A stretch of 63,859 nt of DNA, the filler included, from Bigelowiella natans CCMP2755 (Eukaryota; Protista; Cercozoa), in the NCBI GenBank assembly GCA_000320545.1. It is 5 parts of 5 records of this genome, joined end to end, with 100 filler letters (N's around TTAATTAATTAA, not from the genome) between each part and the next. Parts side by side here need not be neighbours in the genome. Positions count along the whole stretch, not along the records: positions 19,509 to 41,104 come from ADNK01002875.1; 4 more parts are not named here. The stretch is one strand, 5' to 3'. The first letter of the stretch is position 1; each line of letters opens with the position of its first letter. Under the pieces are notes generated by a model. The model had not been told where the DNA came from. It did no database searches and saw only the letters and a list, made by a program, of their open reading frames with translations. The position numbers and the translations under genes were made by a program. Positions 26,608-40,744 of the stretch are shown here, piece after piece.

Positions 26608-28570
26608 ATATATAATATCAAAACCGGGTTTTGCGAACGCGAATACAACTCTGTGCGTACGTGCGCATGTGTGTGTATGTGTGTGGAGGGGGGGGGGGGG
26701 GGATGCTACTGAGACGTCTTCCAAATCATTAACAATGATGCTATGGATGATGATAACCCAGGGCGATAGCGAGCACCAATATGAACGCGCAGAGCAGCAG
26801 GAGTCACAGCGTGTTTCTAATGAAAGTGAGGCAGCTGCATAAGGACAATGCCAGCACGAAGCAATCCAAGCTCATACTCGTGGACTTAGCAGGGAGCGAG
26901 AAGGTATAATATATATATGTAAAGAAATGTGTGCTTGTGTGTGTGTGGTATGTATATGTATATGCGTGCGAAGATAAAACATTGATTTGGGTAGAGCAAA
27001 CGCATATAAGATAAAGCACAGATAAGAGATATCTCCCAACGCGTCATCTCCTTCGACTTCCTTCACGCGACCCGCCCCCGCCCCTCCCCCCCCCTTCTCA
27101 CCCTGACGTGCTCAAGGTCGAGAACACTGGCGCTAGCGGGCAAACATTGAAAGAAGCACAGCAGATCAACAAGTCCCTTTCCGCGCTCGGAAACGTGATC
27201 CACGCCCTCACATCCACGAAGACCCATCACATTCCATACCGGGACTCGAAGTTGACCAGAATTCTCTCCGATTCGTTGGGAGGCAACTCTCGAACGTGCA
27301 TCATCGTCACTGCCTCGCCAGCAGCCGGGAACATTGAGGAGACGCTGTCCACGCTGCGGTTCGCCTCGCGCGCGAAGATGGTGAAGAACAAGCCGAAGGT
27401 CAACGAGAACAAGTCGCTCGGAGAGTACAAGCGGCTGCTCAAGAAAGCGAAGGCGGAGGTTGAAGAGCTAAAGAGGCAGGTTGTGCGCGGTTCCAACACA
27501 ACAACTCGTATTTCGTCTGGGTCGAGGGAAAAGAAAGGGGAGAGCGGGGGGGGGAGGGGGGGGGGGCTCGGCGAAAAGCCCGGCCCGAGTGTATTTTGGT
27601 GACTATACTTACGATGCACTTTGTTCAGCGTGCGATAAGATATGTTGGCAAACTCACATTTGCACATTTTAAATTCACATAAATCATAATGTAAAAATAT
27701 ATATCAATAAATAACATTTTTTTTTCGCGCACGTGGGTGCGCGTGCTGCGTCTATGTAAATCATTATGCAGCAATTTGTCTTCGTAACGAGGAATGCATT
27801 TCGTCCGTTTTACAACTCAGCTTCAAGCCCATATTGACGTCGCGGCCTCCTCCGATCCTGGAGACCAGAAAACAATCAAAGACCAGCTTCTCGCCCTCAA
27901 TGAAGCTCATGCGGAGGAGATCAAAGTTCTGGTTACCAAACACAACACGGCGATCTTCGAGACACGAACCCTCGTTGAAGGAAAGGACAAGGCAATTATG
28001 GAGCTAACACAGGAGTATCAGGACAAGAAAATCGAGCTCAATCACGAGCGGTACGTGGGCGGTTTTTCGGTGGAGAAAACTGAAAATTATCAGCATATAC
28101 ACACACGTGTGTTGTAGAAATCCAGATATATGCGCGCGCAATCCGAGCGAAAGCATTGATCGATCTACCTGCTGCTCTCGGCATGTTCACCACATGTAGA
28201 GTTTTGACATGTGATCCCAGAAGTCTCTCTGGAAAAAAAGGCATTTGGTTCCTTTAGCATCACATTGCATCGGATGCGACTGAAACCGCAAACGGCGGCG
28301 CCGCGTAATCTGACCGCACTCATCGTCATGAACATTCTTTCTTCTGCAGGGAGGGATCCATTCTCAACCTGGCTAAGATCTCCATTGGCGTATCCGAAGG
28401 GATCGAGAGCTGTGGGGAAGTTCGTTCCGCGCTGCAGCAAACAGTCCAGGAGCACAGAAACTTCCAGAGTTCCCACGAGATGCATGACCTGAGCTACCTG
28501 TACAACATGAAGATCAAGGCGCTCGAGGTTTGTCACGTGTTCCCGTATGTTCTCATGTTTGCCGTACTTT

Positions 28571-28624
<54 letters not shown>

Positions 28625-30295
28625 TAAGCAATGTACACATTTACTTAGTGTTTCTTGTTCTGCGAATGGCGACTTTTGCGACCTCCTGCAAGGAGCAGAC
28701 AATGACCGCTGCTGCGAGCGCTGCATGTAGATGATCTCTCGCTCATTTTCTAAAAGTATGGTCTTTGGGGTGGGGACCAGGTTTTCGCGGAAGTGAAGAA
28801 GTCCTTAGATGCTAGCCGAGAAGAGCACGTCACCGCAAAAGAGCGTGTGAAGGGGTTGGAGGCCGAGCTTTCTAAAAAGGCTTCGGAGCTGAAGGCATCT
28901 GTCGAAAGCAAAGAGAAGGCCTTTGCGCAGGTATCCACTTTAGAAGACTCGCTTAAAGCAGCAAAAGAGGCCGCATCGAAAGCCACAGAACGAGCAGCGG
29001 ACTTAGAGAGAAAGACAACAGAGCAGCAGATGGCAGAGAGATCAGCTTTTGCGACCGCCGAGAAATCCGCGTCAGAACGAGTGACTAGCCTAGAAGCATC
29101 CCTTGCAACCTCCAAAGAGGCCGAAGCAAAGGCCACAGCGCTCGTCAAAGGCTTACGGGCTGAGCTTTCGGAGAAGGGGGCCGATATGCAAAGTTTTGTC
29201 GAAGCGAAGCAAAAGGTGGTTCTTGCATTTGCTTGCATTTGTAGAAAGCGAGCATGTGGATGGCGCTTCCCTCCTCCTCAACGTGACACGTTGTCTAATT
29301 GGCGCAAACCCGCCTCTACTTTCTGAATTTCGCAGGCAGCCGAGGAGCTGGAAAAGTCGCAGCTTCAAGTCGCAAAGCTCAGCAAGTCTCTTGCATCATC
29401 CGAGGATGAGCTCGAGCGAGGGCGGACCGAAATCGCCACGCTAAGGTCTTCTCTTCAAGAGATAGAGTCAAAGGTGTCATCTCGAGCAGCGGAGTTGGAG
29501 AAGAAGATGAAGACCGCTGAGAAGGCCTCGATTGAGGCCTTCAAAGCTGCAGATTCAAAGAGCCAAAAGCGCATTGCGGACTTAGAAGCAATGCTGGCGA
29601 GGACATCTTCGGAGCTAGAGGCAGCGAAGAGGAAGAATTCCGAGGTGGTGTGGTTGCTTTTCCGCGTTTTCATTTTGTTTTGGAGCTCGGCAAGATTCTC
29701 ATCGACGTACCAATGGGTTTTACTGTCCTTTTTTTTTGAAACATGTGACTTCCGCAGCTCAAAGAAGAGGTCAGCCTCTACAAACTCGAGGTGCGTGCGC
29801 GTTCGTTTCCGATATGTGATGCACTTCTTACACTTGGAAAAATCGTATCTGGCCGCCCCCCCCCCCCCCCTCCCCTCCTCCTCCCCGTTATCTCCAATAA
29901 AAGTTTCAGCAACAGTCAAGCGTTGCGGGTATTGGGGAACACGAGGCGGACAGACATGAAGCAGACGAAAAAGCTACTTGGGTTGGCGCTATTTCTCTTT
30001 GATACATCTAGCTAGCTAGTGCTAGTAGTAAAAATCTCTGTGAAGAGTCCGACTAGAACGCATCGTTACGACGCCATCATAAGCATCATCATTGTTTTAT
30101 AATCACTATCATCATATGCTGCAGTTGTCACTATTATTTCTGAGACAAATGGTGTTTGTACAAAGGTATGCTGCTCCTACGTCGAGCCTGTTCGCACAAG
30201 GGATTCTTCGGGGAAGCGACGGCAGAGTCCCCGGGCCAAGAAAAATAAGTATAGAAGCATGGACAAGGCGCATAAGGAAAGTCTGCTTGACATGA
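24523..30295 (+). CDS. Kinesin motor protein (kinesin-1-like head) with basic N-terminal extension and long coiled-coil tail
   Basis: [17 protein letters not shown]-loop [22 protein letters not shown], switch I NAQSSRSH, switch [45 protein letters not shown] and [16 protein letters not shown]-rich coiled-coil exons at 27.8-29.8 kb. The last exon is uncertain. Confidence 0.93.
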
Positions 30296-30757
30296 AATGA
30301 CCTGAAGAGCGGTGCATGATTTATTTTACATCTAGATCTCTTCGAATTGAGTGATTCTGAATTCTGCACGAACAGCTAAAGCTTCCATACAAATAACTAG
30401 ATAAGTTGCTGCTGTTAGCAATGCCATGTTGATGTACAACTCGCAACAGCCGTCTAGACTGTAATAAATTACTATGTCTATTATATAACATGAGAGCGGC
30501 GTGAATTAGGTTTACACTCTTGCGTGATGCATGGGCGAATGCTGCTCTTGCTGCTATTTGGCAGCGTGGACAGCGTACATGTTTGGCATTGCTAAACTGC
30601 GGATTATTATGATTTATAAATAATCAATTTTCAATAGACATGACATTATGCTGCGATGCTACTCTATTCACTGCAGTAATCCCTTTGAACAGTAACACAT
30701 GCAGTATAGTTAAATAGTTACCATCGATAGATTGCTGTACCAACCGCGAAAGCGTTG

Positions 30758-32912
30758 TTAAACGGAATCATTTCGCTCTGCCTTCGTGAAAGTCGATACG
30801 CTCCCATTTGACGTATAGGCGTGCAGAACCCTATCTAAAGCCTTATAAGCGTGCATGGCCCTTCCAGGCTCGTACGTTAATGAAGTAGACCCGCAAAATC
30901 CATAGCTTTTTCCGACTGTTACCTACACGTCGATATAATGTCGCGTACAGTGAATATATAAACAGTTGGTGCGACTGCTATCTGCTAAGGTGAAGTAATA
31001 AGCCACTGCTGGGTTTTTTAAGTCATGGTACAATACTATTAACACACTCAAGATATCAAGGGTGCATTTGGTCGCATCTTCGCGTGTTAGCTCTTTCTTG
31101 GTTTTGCCATACCGCATCTTGATTCGCAGCTAAGAAGATCCCAAGAGTCCCATTGGCCCTGCGAAGGAAAATAGAGAGTGAGCAATACTGAATATCTTGC
31201 AGAATAAAGATCGCAGATAGTATAGTTTCCTCGGATTCTTTTCACGAGTGCATATATGTTATCTAGATTCATTCTCTCATATGCACCACTCCGCATTATT
31301 TCGGGTACAGGGATGCTTGCGTCGTCTTCAAATTCAGTGCAGACCGCTTCAGTTACAACTAGGTTTTTGGGTGCGATTCGATAGCGTGCAGCACGCACCG
31401 TGCACTCCGCATTGCCCTATTGAAGGCCGCCACATCTTGCCTTGAGTCAGTGTCTTTGCCGTCAGTGAGAAGGACAAACGTTCGGCCGATGTTCTTGGGG
31501 CAACTCTTGGTATTTTTCCCCTCATAATCTTTGACCTATGGTGAGAGGTGTACAATCTAGGTGTTTTCAAAATCCGCTCCCCCCCCCCCGCCTTCTTTCC
31601 TTCCCCCTCCTCCTCCTCCTCCTTCACTTACGTGTTGGTTTTGAGCGTTCAATCGCTCAATCGCAGTATCGATTAGACGTGTCTTGCCGTCGGGTTCTAG
31701 CCATGCTGCCTAACATTGATGTAGCAGCATAAGATGATTAATGCAGCTTGTTGTTTATGTATGCTTTGGAACTCAGAAATGGTGTTGATCTACCAGTTGA
31801 TGTTCGTCGATTTTTAAGGTATCTAGCCGCACTTTGTCTAAGAAGAATGTTTGAAATATGGTTATGCAAACAGAAAAGCAACACTGTGCTCCTTATACTG
31901 CATAAAATTATGCAAATACGCATACACGTGTACGCACACGCACAATAATACGCACACGCGTGCGCTTGGTTGCTTGCGCACACAGGCTCACCTATTACGG
32001 TAGTAGCGGACGAATTGAACAAAGTTAGCGATAGAAACATCTCACACCTGACATTGTAATCATGTTCAGTGCGACTCCGATAAAAAACAACGACGATGAC
32101 GATTATAATGGTGATGATGAGGATAATGATGATAATGATGATAGTGGTGATGGTTATGTTAATGGTGAGAAGTTATATCGCCAAAAGAGAGGAATATTAA
32201 ATTCACCTCCCCTCCCCCCAAAAAAAATCATCGTTGTCGCATTTTTTCTCACGTTTCGCGTCTCTGTATAGCTATATTCTTCTGCTCCTTGAGGAGCTTA
32301 TAAATCTCCTTCACTGCTATGTCACGCATTTCCACCATAGACCCCGACTTGTCGCCCAAAACATCGATGAAGATAGCGTCCATCTGACTGTGTTTGTTTG
32401 CTTGATGTCCGAAGTCGCTCTGGTAGTTCATTTTATGGCTCTTGACTGCAGGATTCGGTTTTAATTGAGGAGACATGTAATTGCTCTCCGATGCGGAATT
32501 GCTCTGCGTTGAGGATTGCTGCTCGCCGTCTACCTTCGCCTTGTTCTCCAATACACCTAGAATACCATTCCTTTCATCTCCTTTTTGTTGTTTAGAGGAG
32601 AAGCGTGTCCATTAGTTAGTACGCTATTATTTGCTACATGACGATGCAGGAGTCGGCGCCGGCATTTCGGTGGCCCCATTACGAGTAAAAAGGTCTGTTT
32701 ACATGTCAATAGGGAAGGTTCATGCAATGTCCCAGAACGGCGCCCGGAATAAATGGCGGATAACACACATGTAGCGAATAATCTTGATAGGCGAGAGATC
32801 ACGATTCAAGAGCACAAACAGTGCGGTTTTGCCATTCTGCCAGAAGCTAAAGGAGGTACATACGTGATGTTGAGGGCGTCAAAGAAGGAGGTGTTGCCGG
32901 GAGCGCAGGCAT
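30758..32912 (-). CDS. von Willebrand factor A (VWA) domain protein
   Basis: MIDAS elements in successive exons: IFIDVLGDKSGSM, LSLTLFNS, PDGKTRLIDTAI, FVLLTDGKDTDS, GIFLAANQDA|VTVGKSYGF, and C-terminal FTKAERNDSV* (stop 30758-30760). The start is tentative. Confidence 0.85.
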
Positions 32913-33883
32913 GAGAGTCCCAGAAGGCGCAGGGAGAGAATCTTCTTCGGATCTTCGATTCCTACGTCCAATACCAAAAATCATGGAAAATTCAATTTTT
33001 CCATTAGAAACTCGTCACCCGTCATGGTCAGTGGCAGAATGTTCTTCCATCAACAGCTTAGAACTCTGATAGCTGTAAGGGGGGGGCTCCGGCCTCGTCT
33101 TCGTGCGGCCGAATTCGAAGCGTGGAATATGAATATGGCTACTCGGACACGCAGATGAAATGGGAAATATTTTATCCCGACAATATCTGAAATTAGTCCT
33201 TGATTATTTTTTTCTGAGAAGTGAATGTCTGACCACCGCAGCCGACAAACCGCTCCAGAAAGTTTTCGATACCGAGAACATCCCATTTCGGAGGCCGCTT
33301 TCCCTTCCGAGCAAGCCGGCAGAAGGGAGGGTCGGAAACGAGACTTGGGCCTTTGTGCCTTTTCTATGTATTTTCAACATTTCCCAATGACGTTTATGCT
33401 AAACCGCATCCATTTCGGAGTGTCGGTGTTCTGAGAAAGTGCTTTCTCTCAATGGTACCGGTAGATCTACTAGTTTTGCTTGTCGTCACTCTAAATTACA
33501 GGCGAATTTCGTGCGTGTACGCCAAAAGACCCACTGCGACGTCAGGCTCGTGTCGCAAATGGGAGAATACGGTGAGAATACAGGTGAATTTATGAATACG
33601 ACGATATTTTCTCTTGTCGCAGTACGAAATTACGACTATCCTTGATTGCTTGAGCACTTCTTGAGTCGACACAGAGGCTTTGCCGCCCCGCCCCTTAGAT
33701 ACTTTTTCAAACTCGCGGATTGCCCGCACGCTACCCCTGAGCTTAAGGCTATTCGATCCTGAGCTGCGCGGAGGAGGTAAAACCACTGCACGCGCGCGCC
33801 TTTGTTTTGAAAAATGATCATCTCTTTTCCTCCCCCCCCCCCCTTTTGCCAGTCTGACCTTTATCTAACATGTCAGCACAGAA

Positions 33884-35247
33884 ATGTCCACACTCGGCGG
33901 AGAGCAGCTCCGGAACATCATAATCACCAACTATGTGGTAAGTCTCACCAGGCGCGCAGAGATGTTTAGCTGGGCTTTATTACTAACCCTATGCGCGCTG
34001 ACGAGACTCACCCCTCTCGATTCATGTATATTTGGCCTTCGGTCTTCAGGTATCGAGCTTCTCGCTCGCGGGGAGCTTGGGAATCGTGGCGTCCTACATC
34101 GCGTATGATCCCACTAGCTCTAGGCCCGGCATTCGCTGCGATCATAAAGATGCGGCCAGCGGCCACTGAATATGTGTATATATCATCGCTTTTTGCAGGT
34201 TCCCGCAGCTCCGAAACTTCAGCTATAGCCTCGTGCTGTACCTTGCTATATCAGAAGCTTTTTACAGTGTCAGGTTGGTGGAATATGTAGAGTCTTCATC
34301 CCTGCGAAGGGTGGCTGGGGTAGTTGGTTTTTTGGTGATTATTGTTTCGTGTTTTCTCTCCCAGTAACATGCTAGGAAACCCGCCCAATGCGTCGGCGAC
34401 GTGCTACGTTCAGGTCGGCGCGCTGAGATTATGACCTAGCAAATAGCGAAAGACCGATGCGCTGGGGCAATTATTTGTGTGGGGATTTTCGATGTGGTTT
34501 GCCAGAAACGACCAGCCTTAGTGCGTTTGGGTGGAATCTGATTTCTCAATATTCGCATTAGCGGATGGTGGCCTTGTTGTGGCTTTTTGTGTCGCTTAGA
34601 TATATACTATATGTGCGCTTGTGTACGCGAGCGTGAGCGCAGAAGCGGGTCTTGATTCCATCTCGGTTTGAGCTCTTCCTAATTCGTCGGTGTTGTTCGA
34701 TGTTGTGGTTGTTGTTGTTGATATGGCTCCGCGTAGTCGGTGATGCAGTCTTACTTCCTTCTATCTGCCATTCTCTGGAATGCGGCCATTGCCTACCTCC
34801 TCAAGAACGCCATTCTCTATCCTGAGAAGGTACGTTAGCCGAGCTACTTCCAAGTCTTATTTCGCACATGGCTATGTGGCCCAGACGCGGCATTTGATGT
34901 TAATTTTCTCACTCTCTCCAATATCGCTACACCGCATCATCACGTGTTTCGAGCAAGCAACACTAGCTGCTGCAATGACCTCCTCCCTCCCTCCCCGCCA
35001 TTGCCCTATTCTCCCTCCCCGTCGCTTCGGTCGTGTGTCATGCAGGTGCTGGGGATTACCAAGTCGATGCCAAGATATCACGCGTACGTCATCACTCCTC
35101 CACCGCCGCCACGACCGATAAGAAGAAGAAGAAGAAGAAGAAGAAAGAAGAATAGCAGCATCAAGAACAACAACAACAAGCATAACAAGATATAAAGATC
35201 AACAACGCAAACACTGTGTTTTTGGGAGAGAAGAGTGTATATTACCC

Positions 35248-35295
<48 letters not shown>

Positions 35296-35654
35296 CGACC
35301 CTGCCTCTTTTCTATCTTTTTCTTCCTGCCCCCCCCCCACCCCTTCTCTCCCCTGAGCAGGTATTGCTGGGGAGTGCCTTTCATACTGACGGTTCTCCCA
35401 GCGGCTACAGGAAGCTATGGCAGCTCAGGAGCTTGGTGCTGGATTAAGTCATCAACGTAATCGATGAGAGATGCCAGATGATAGTAATGTCCTTTATTAC
35501 ATGATGAGAGGTGTGAGATAATCGAGATCCGACCTATTCTCTATTTGCTGCTGCTGCCACTACTACTACTACTACTACTACTGTGTGCCAACAAAACAAG
35601 TATAGGAAGATAATTTATAATAGTTACTATATAATACACATATAATATTAAATA

Positions 35655-35728
<74 letters not shown>

Positions 35729-35981
35729 AGGGGGAGGCGTTGAATACTGCTTACTACTACACTACCGAATATTGACACATATGAGCGCTGAAAAACCTCC
35801 GAAACTGCACACCACAGAGCCGGAGAGTTCTGGAGGTTCTTTCAATTATACCTGCCTCTATGGGCAGTTATGGGTTACAACATCCAGGTATTTGGATCTA
35901 CAACTTCGTCATCATCCTCTCATCCTCGTTTTCTTTGTCTTTCACTATATTAGATATATGCATATATTTTTAAATATATTA

Positions 35982-36015
<34 letters not shown>

Positions 36016-36268
36016 ATATTATATTTATAAATTATAAACATCATATCGGATAATCGCTAACTGTTCATCATGATATTCTTCCTCCCCACCCTCCCCCCTT
36101 GCCTCTTGCCCTCCTCTTCCTCTTCCTCCTCCCCAGATGTATCTTTCTGTGCGGTCGGTGCTGAACTCAGTTGAAGGGATATGTAATGGCGGCCGTTGGC
36201 TCTCACACGCAAACCACACCTCAATCATGCTAACTGCGAAAACAGAGAATAAGAGCAGAGCATAAAGG

Positions 36269-36310
<42 letters not shown>

Positions 36311-37016
36311 CTGATCATTCTCGAAATCGCCTAATCCCCTGGTTGCTTTGCCGACGAATAATGATTTTCCGCAGCGACGTCAAGGGCGCTGGTGCTATTT
36401 CCAATGATTGTCGTGGTAGTAGCGCACACTGCTGTGTTCTTTCTTTCATCATCACCGGAGACTCCATGATATTCCCTTCAGTCGCCTAATCCTCTAACTT
36501 GGACTGACGACAACTCTTGCATGCATGTATATTGAGAGGGGGAAAAAAAAGAAAGCCGTGAAATTTATGCGCGCGCGCGCGTGCGTGTGTGCATGTTGGC
36601 GGGTTGGTGCGCGAATACAGCTACTTCGTCTTCTATCAGGTTTGTTGGATATTTGGCTCTATCAATCGTCTTCAGAACATGGCTGCACCGTCACATCCTC
36701 AGGTGGGAGGCGCCTGCACCATGCATGGACGATTGGTTGGAGAAAAAAAGGGGGTGGGGGGGGAGGGGGGGGACACAAGTGCTGAAGACAGAGCCGGTTG
36801 AGCTATATTCTTCGTCGTTATCAGGCATGGTTGTTTCTTCTTCAAGTCGCATTTGGCAATTCCATAGGTGGGAAGCAGCATGAGAGGCCGATGTATTGTA
36901 TCATTTGATCTTCTTGGAGGGATTGGGAGGGGGGGAGGGAGAGAGAGAAAGAGAGAGTTTTTTTACAAAAACAATTATATGTTTATATATGTGCATATAT
37001 TCATATATGTATGTGT

Positions 37017-37056
<40 letters not shown>

Positions 37057-37118
37057 TTGAGCAGGGTTCTTTCACTTCATCGCATTTGCAATGACACCCC
37101 CCGTCCAACAAGCCTTTG
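33884..37118 (+). CDS. GCR1/cAMP-receptor-like 7TM GPCR domain (13 exons); N-terminal half of a putative fusion gene
   Basis: In-frame spliced TMs: VSSFSLAGSLGIVASYIA|FPQLRNFSYSLVLYLAISE; CYVQ|SVMQSYFLLSAILWNAAIAY; RYHA|YCWGVPFILTVLP..SYGSSGAWCWI; FWRFFQLYLPLWAVMGYN; RALVLFPMIVV|VCWIFGSINR; WLFLLQVAFGNSIG|FFHFIAF. All intron phases are consistent. Confidence 0.9.
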
Positions 37119-37270
37119 GCACGTATCTTGGCTACTCGTATCCCTCGGAGAGGGCATCATGTATTGCCTTTCTCCACGCAAACGCACATGCACACGCACC
37201 ACACACACACACACAAGCACACACACACGCACACACACACACTGCATGATGCGAGACGATGATGGTCAAG

Positions 37271-40200
37271 AGTATTTGCGTCTCTCATTGTGGTTGCTGA
37301 AGCGAATATGCGTGAGAGCGTCGTCGTGGAATATACGTTACTAAATTAAGATTTTAAGATTTATCCCCCCGCCCCTCCCCTCCCACCCCCCTTCCGACTT
37401 TGCCAATCTTGCTGCTAATTATGGTGTGATATGAAGACGCCTCACCTTCCTCCTCCTCCTCCTTCTCCTCCTCCTCCTCCTCCCCCTCGTCGTCGTTATC
37501 ATCGTAATGGTTCTCGTGATCGTCCTTCTCATGCAGTTGCCGATGATGGCTCGGAGAAGTTTTTAGAGGGTTCTGTTGGTGACATCGGCTCAGGACGGGT
37601 ATGCGGGTGTGCTGTGTGTTGTGTGTGTGTGTGTGCTGTGTGTGTGTGTGTGTGCGTGCGTGTATATTCTCCAGCCTCTCTAACTTATCATCGCCAATAT
37701 AGCAAGTAATTGCCACTCTATCATCAGCGTATCTCCACCCACCATCAACGGTGCGCGTGCAGGCTGTGTCCGCTTGATATGCTGTTTTTGCCCGTCAATA
37801 CGAGCCATAGATCACCGTTGTTTTTTCTTCTTCTCTGTTTGCTTGGTATGTGTATTTGGCGGGGAACGAACGATGCGACAAGTCGTCTCGCTCTATCACT
37901 GCCGATGAGAAGAAGAATGCTGGCGGAGTGCATGATGGGAAGAACCTCAAGGTAAAACTTGCATTTCAAAGCGTCTGCTAGAGCGGAGGAGGAGGGGGGG
38001 GGGGGGGCTATGGAACAGCCTCATCATCACCGCTGCAGCATTATCACTTTCACATGATTCGATTGAGAATATGATATCGCTAATGGCACCTGCCTCCCCC
38101 CTCCCCCTTCTCCGCCATACGCAGGATGAAGATGACGGCAAGTTTCCAGAAGCTGTGCGGCCGAGAAGAAGATCGAGTAGCACACATACGATAGACATTG
38201 TGCAGCTTCAGTAGCTTTATGGATAAGAGGATGATGCTGTGCAGACTAACCTCGTCACACGGCTCTCTTTCCATTTATTTCTTTTTCCTTTTTCTTTCAT
38301 TTACAGTGAGTAATACTAGTAAATCTCTGTTCAAGTCGTTTGTGTGTTTGGTGCGTTAAAACCGAGTTTGTGCGTGTGCTCTCTGGGTGGGGTGATGACG
38401 TTGCTCTTTTGCTGCTTTGCCTCTGCCGCTGCCAGGCGCGCTTCAGGATGTTTCGAGGCTGGTGAGAGGTGTGAAGTCGCATCATCATCATCATCATCAT
38501 CATCATCACTATCGTCACCATCGTCACCATCGTCATCATCATCATCATCATCATCATTATCATCACCATCGCCATCATCAACAACGTGCAAAATGCGCAG
38601 GAGCTTACATTCGAGAGCTTGGCATTTACCAGCTGATAGGAATCAACTCAAACAAGAAGAATGTCGTACAGGTACTACTACTTCTACTACTTCTACTTGT
38701 AGTAGTAGTGATAATAGTAGTGATAATAGTAGTAGTAGTAGTACATTTAGCAGTAGTAGTAGCAGTAGTAGTATCAGTATTAGGAGGAGGAGGAGAAGGA
38801 GGGGAAGGAGAGGTAAAAGCGAGGAGGGATGGGAGGAGACCATTGCTCTTATGAGAGGGGAGGGTATTCTCTTAGATTCCTTCACTTAGCGTAACTCTCT
38901 AGTATGATGATATATTTCTCAAAAATTGGTATTTTGGTAGTAATAATGACAATGATCATCACCCTCCAACCCCCCCCCCCCTCCTCCTCCCCTTTTCGTC
39001 CTTCTTAAGGTGTACGACATTCTGCAAGAGCGCTACACGATTCGAGCGACCGCGCCTATAGCTGAGGTGGGATGGATGATGATGATGATGATGACGATGA
39101 TGATGGTGATGATGATGATGGTGATGATGGTAATAGTGAGGATGATGAAGGTGATAGAAATAATAATACCGCATCATTTCTTCGTCGACAAGAGAGATCC
39201 TGAGGACATTAGTGCTGGAGGCGAGCGACGGCCACTTGTTTCCCCGGAGAAGACCACAACAACAGGTGTGTGTGTGTGTGTGTGTGTTTGTGTGTGCATG
39301 TGTGCGTGTAGTTTGCAGAGGTACGTGTAAAACAAGGAGAGGTCAGTGAGAGAGCAGAGAGAGAGAGAGAGAGAGAAAGAGCGAAAAGGAGGGGGGGGAG
39401 GAGGGGGGAGGAAGTAATGATAGAGAAAGGCCTTCGAGAGAAGTGGCGGGATGAATGTTATCGTTCTATAAAGTGTTAAAGCGAAACAGCTAATCGTCGT
39501 TTGATTTGTTTATTCTTGAATTATTAATACCCTCCTCCTCAATGATCAGGAGCCTACTTAACGCTGATGAAGGCATTCGTCGGAATCGGTATCCTAGCTA
39601 TGCCCGGGGCCTACGCAGAGGTGACAGCGACAGGCCGCTCGAGGAAAATGAAAAAGGGGGGGGGGGGGGGGCGGGAGGGGGGGGGAAGGAAAAATAATAA
39701 AACAATAAAACATAAAACATAAAAACAAAAAAAGCCAAAAATCACAAAGAAAACAGCTCCTTTTTCTCACCGCGTACGTCCTCCTATCGTTGTGAAGACA
39801 AGCTTCATCATGAGAATAGTGGAGAATCGTCGTTGTGATATCCTACATAATCGCTCGTTGTTTGGTATATCAGGCTGGCTACGTCCTTGCGACAGTATTC
39901 CTCGTGATCATTGCCGTGGTGTCGTACTACTGCGCCATTCTCCTGATTAAGGCGAAGAACATAATTGTCGAGAGACACCAGGAAGAACAGGATTCTAAGA
40001 TGGTTGCTTGAATAGATCATACACGCACATACACAGCGAGGGAGGGGGAGAGAGAGGGAGGGGGGGGCGCTTGTATGGGGCCGGATTTTGGTTTTAAGAT
40101 TGTTTCAGGGGAAGAGTCGTGTGAAGATGTGCTTTACATTCGATTTTAACCATGTTTTCTTATTATTACTCAAACCGTTGCGCACACACTATATAGATGT

Positions 40201-40467
40201 ATTTATATATATATATATATATATATATGTATAATATATTGATGCGCGGAAATACAGGGGAGAGAGCGGAGTCGATGTGAGCGCGCTGATTGTTTGATGT
40301 GTCCCGGCTGATTTTGACAACAGGGGGGGGGGACGATGACCTCGGATTCTAGTCTAGCTACAAACACCCCGACCCCGGTTATCACCTTCCAAGAACTGGG
40401 CCTAAGAGTAATGACGCGAATTATAAGTATCTCTTTGAGTGTTATCATACTTATATATGAATATATA

Positions 40468-40508
<41 letters not shown>

Positions 40509-40698
40509 AAATGTACGTATATATAATGTACATATTAACTTGTGTATTTGTGGTTTTGTTGTTTATCTATTTATATTGGATGTGCCCGACGAAGGTGATG
40601 GGAGAACGAGGTAAGGCGTTGGTGGAGGGAGGAATCGTCGTATGTCAGGTATTTGCTTCATATATAAATGTGTGTATTTAACCCACACGCATAAAATA

Positions 40699-40744
<46 letters not shown>

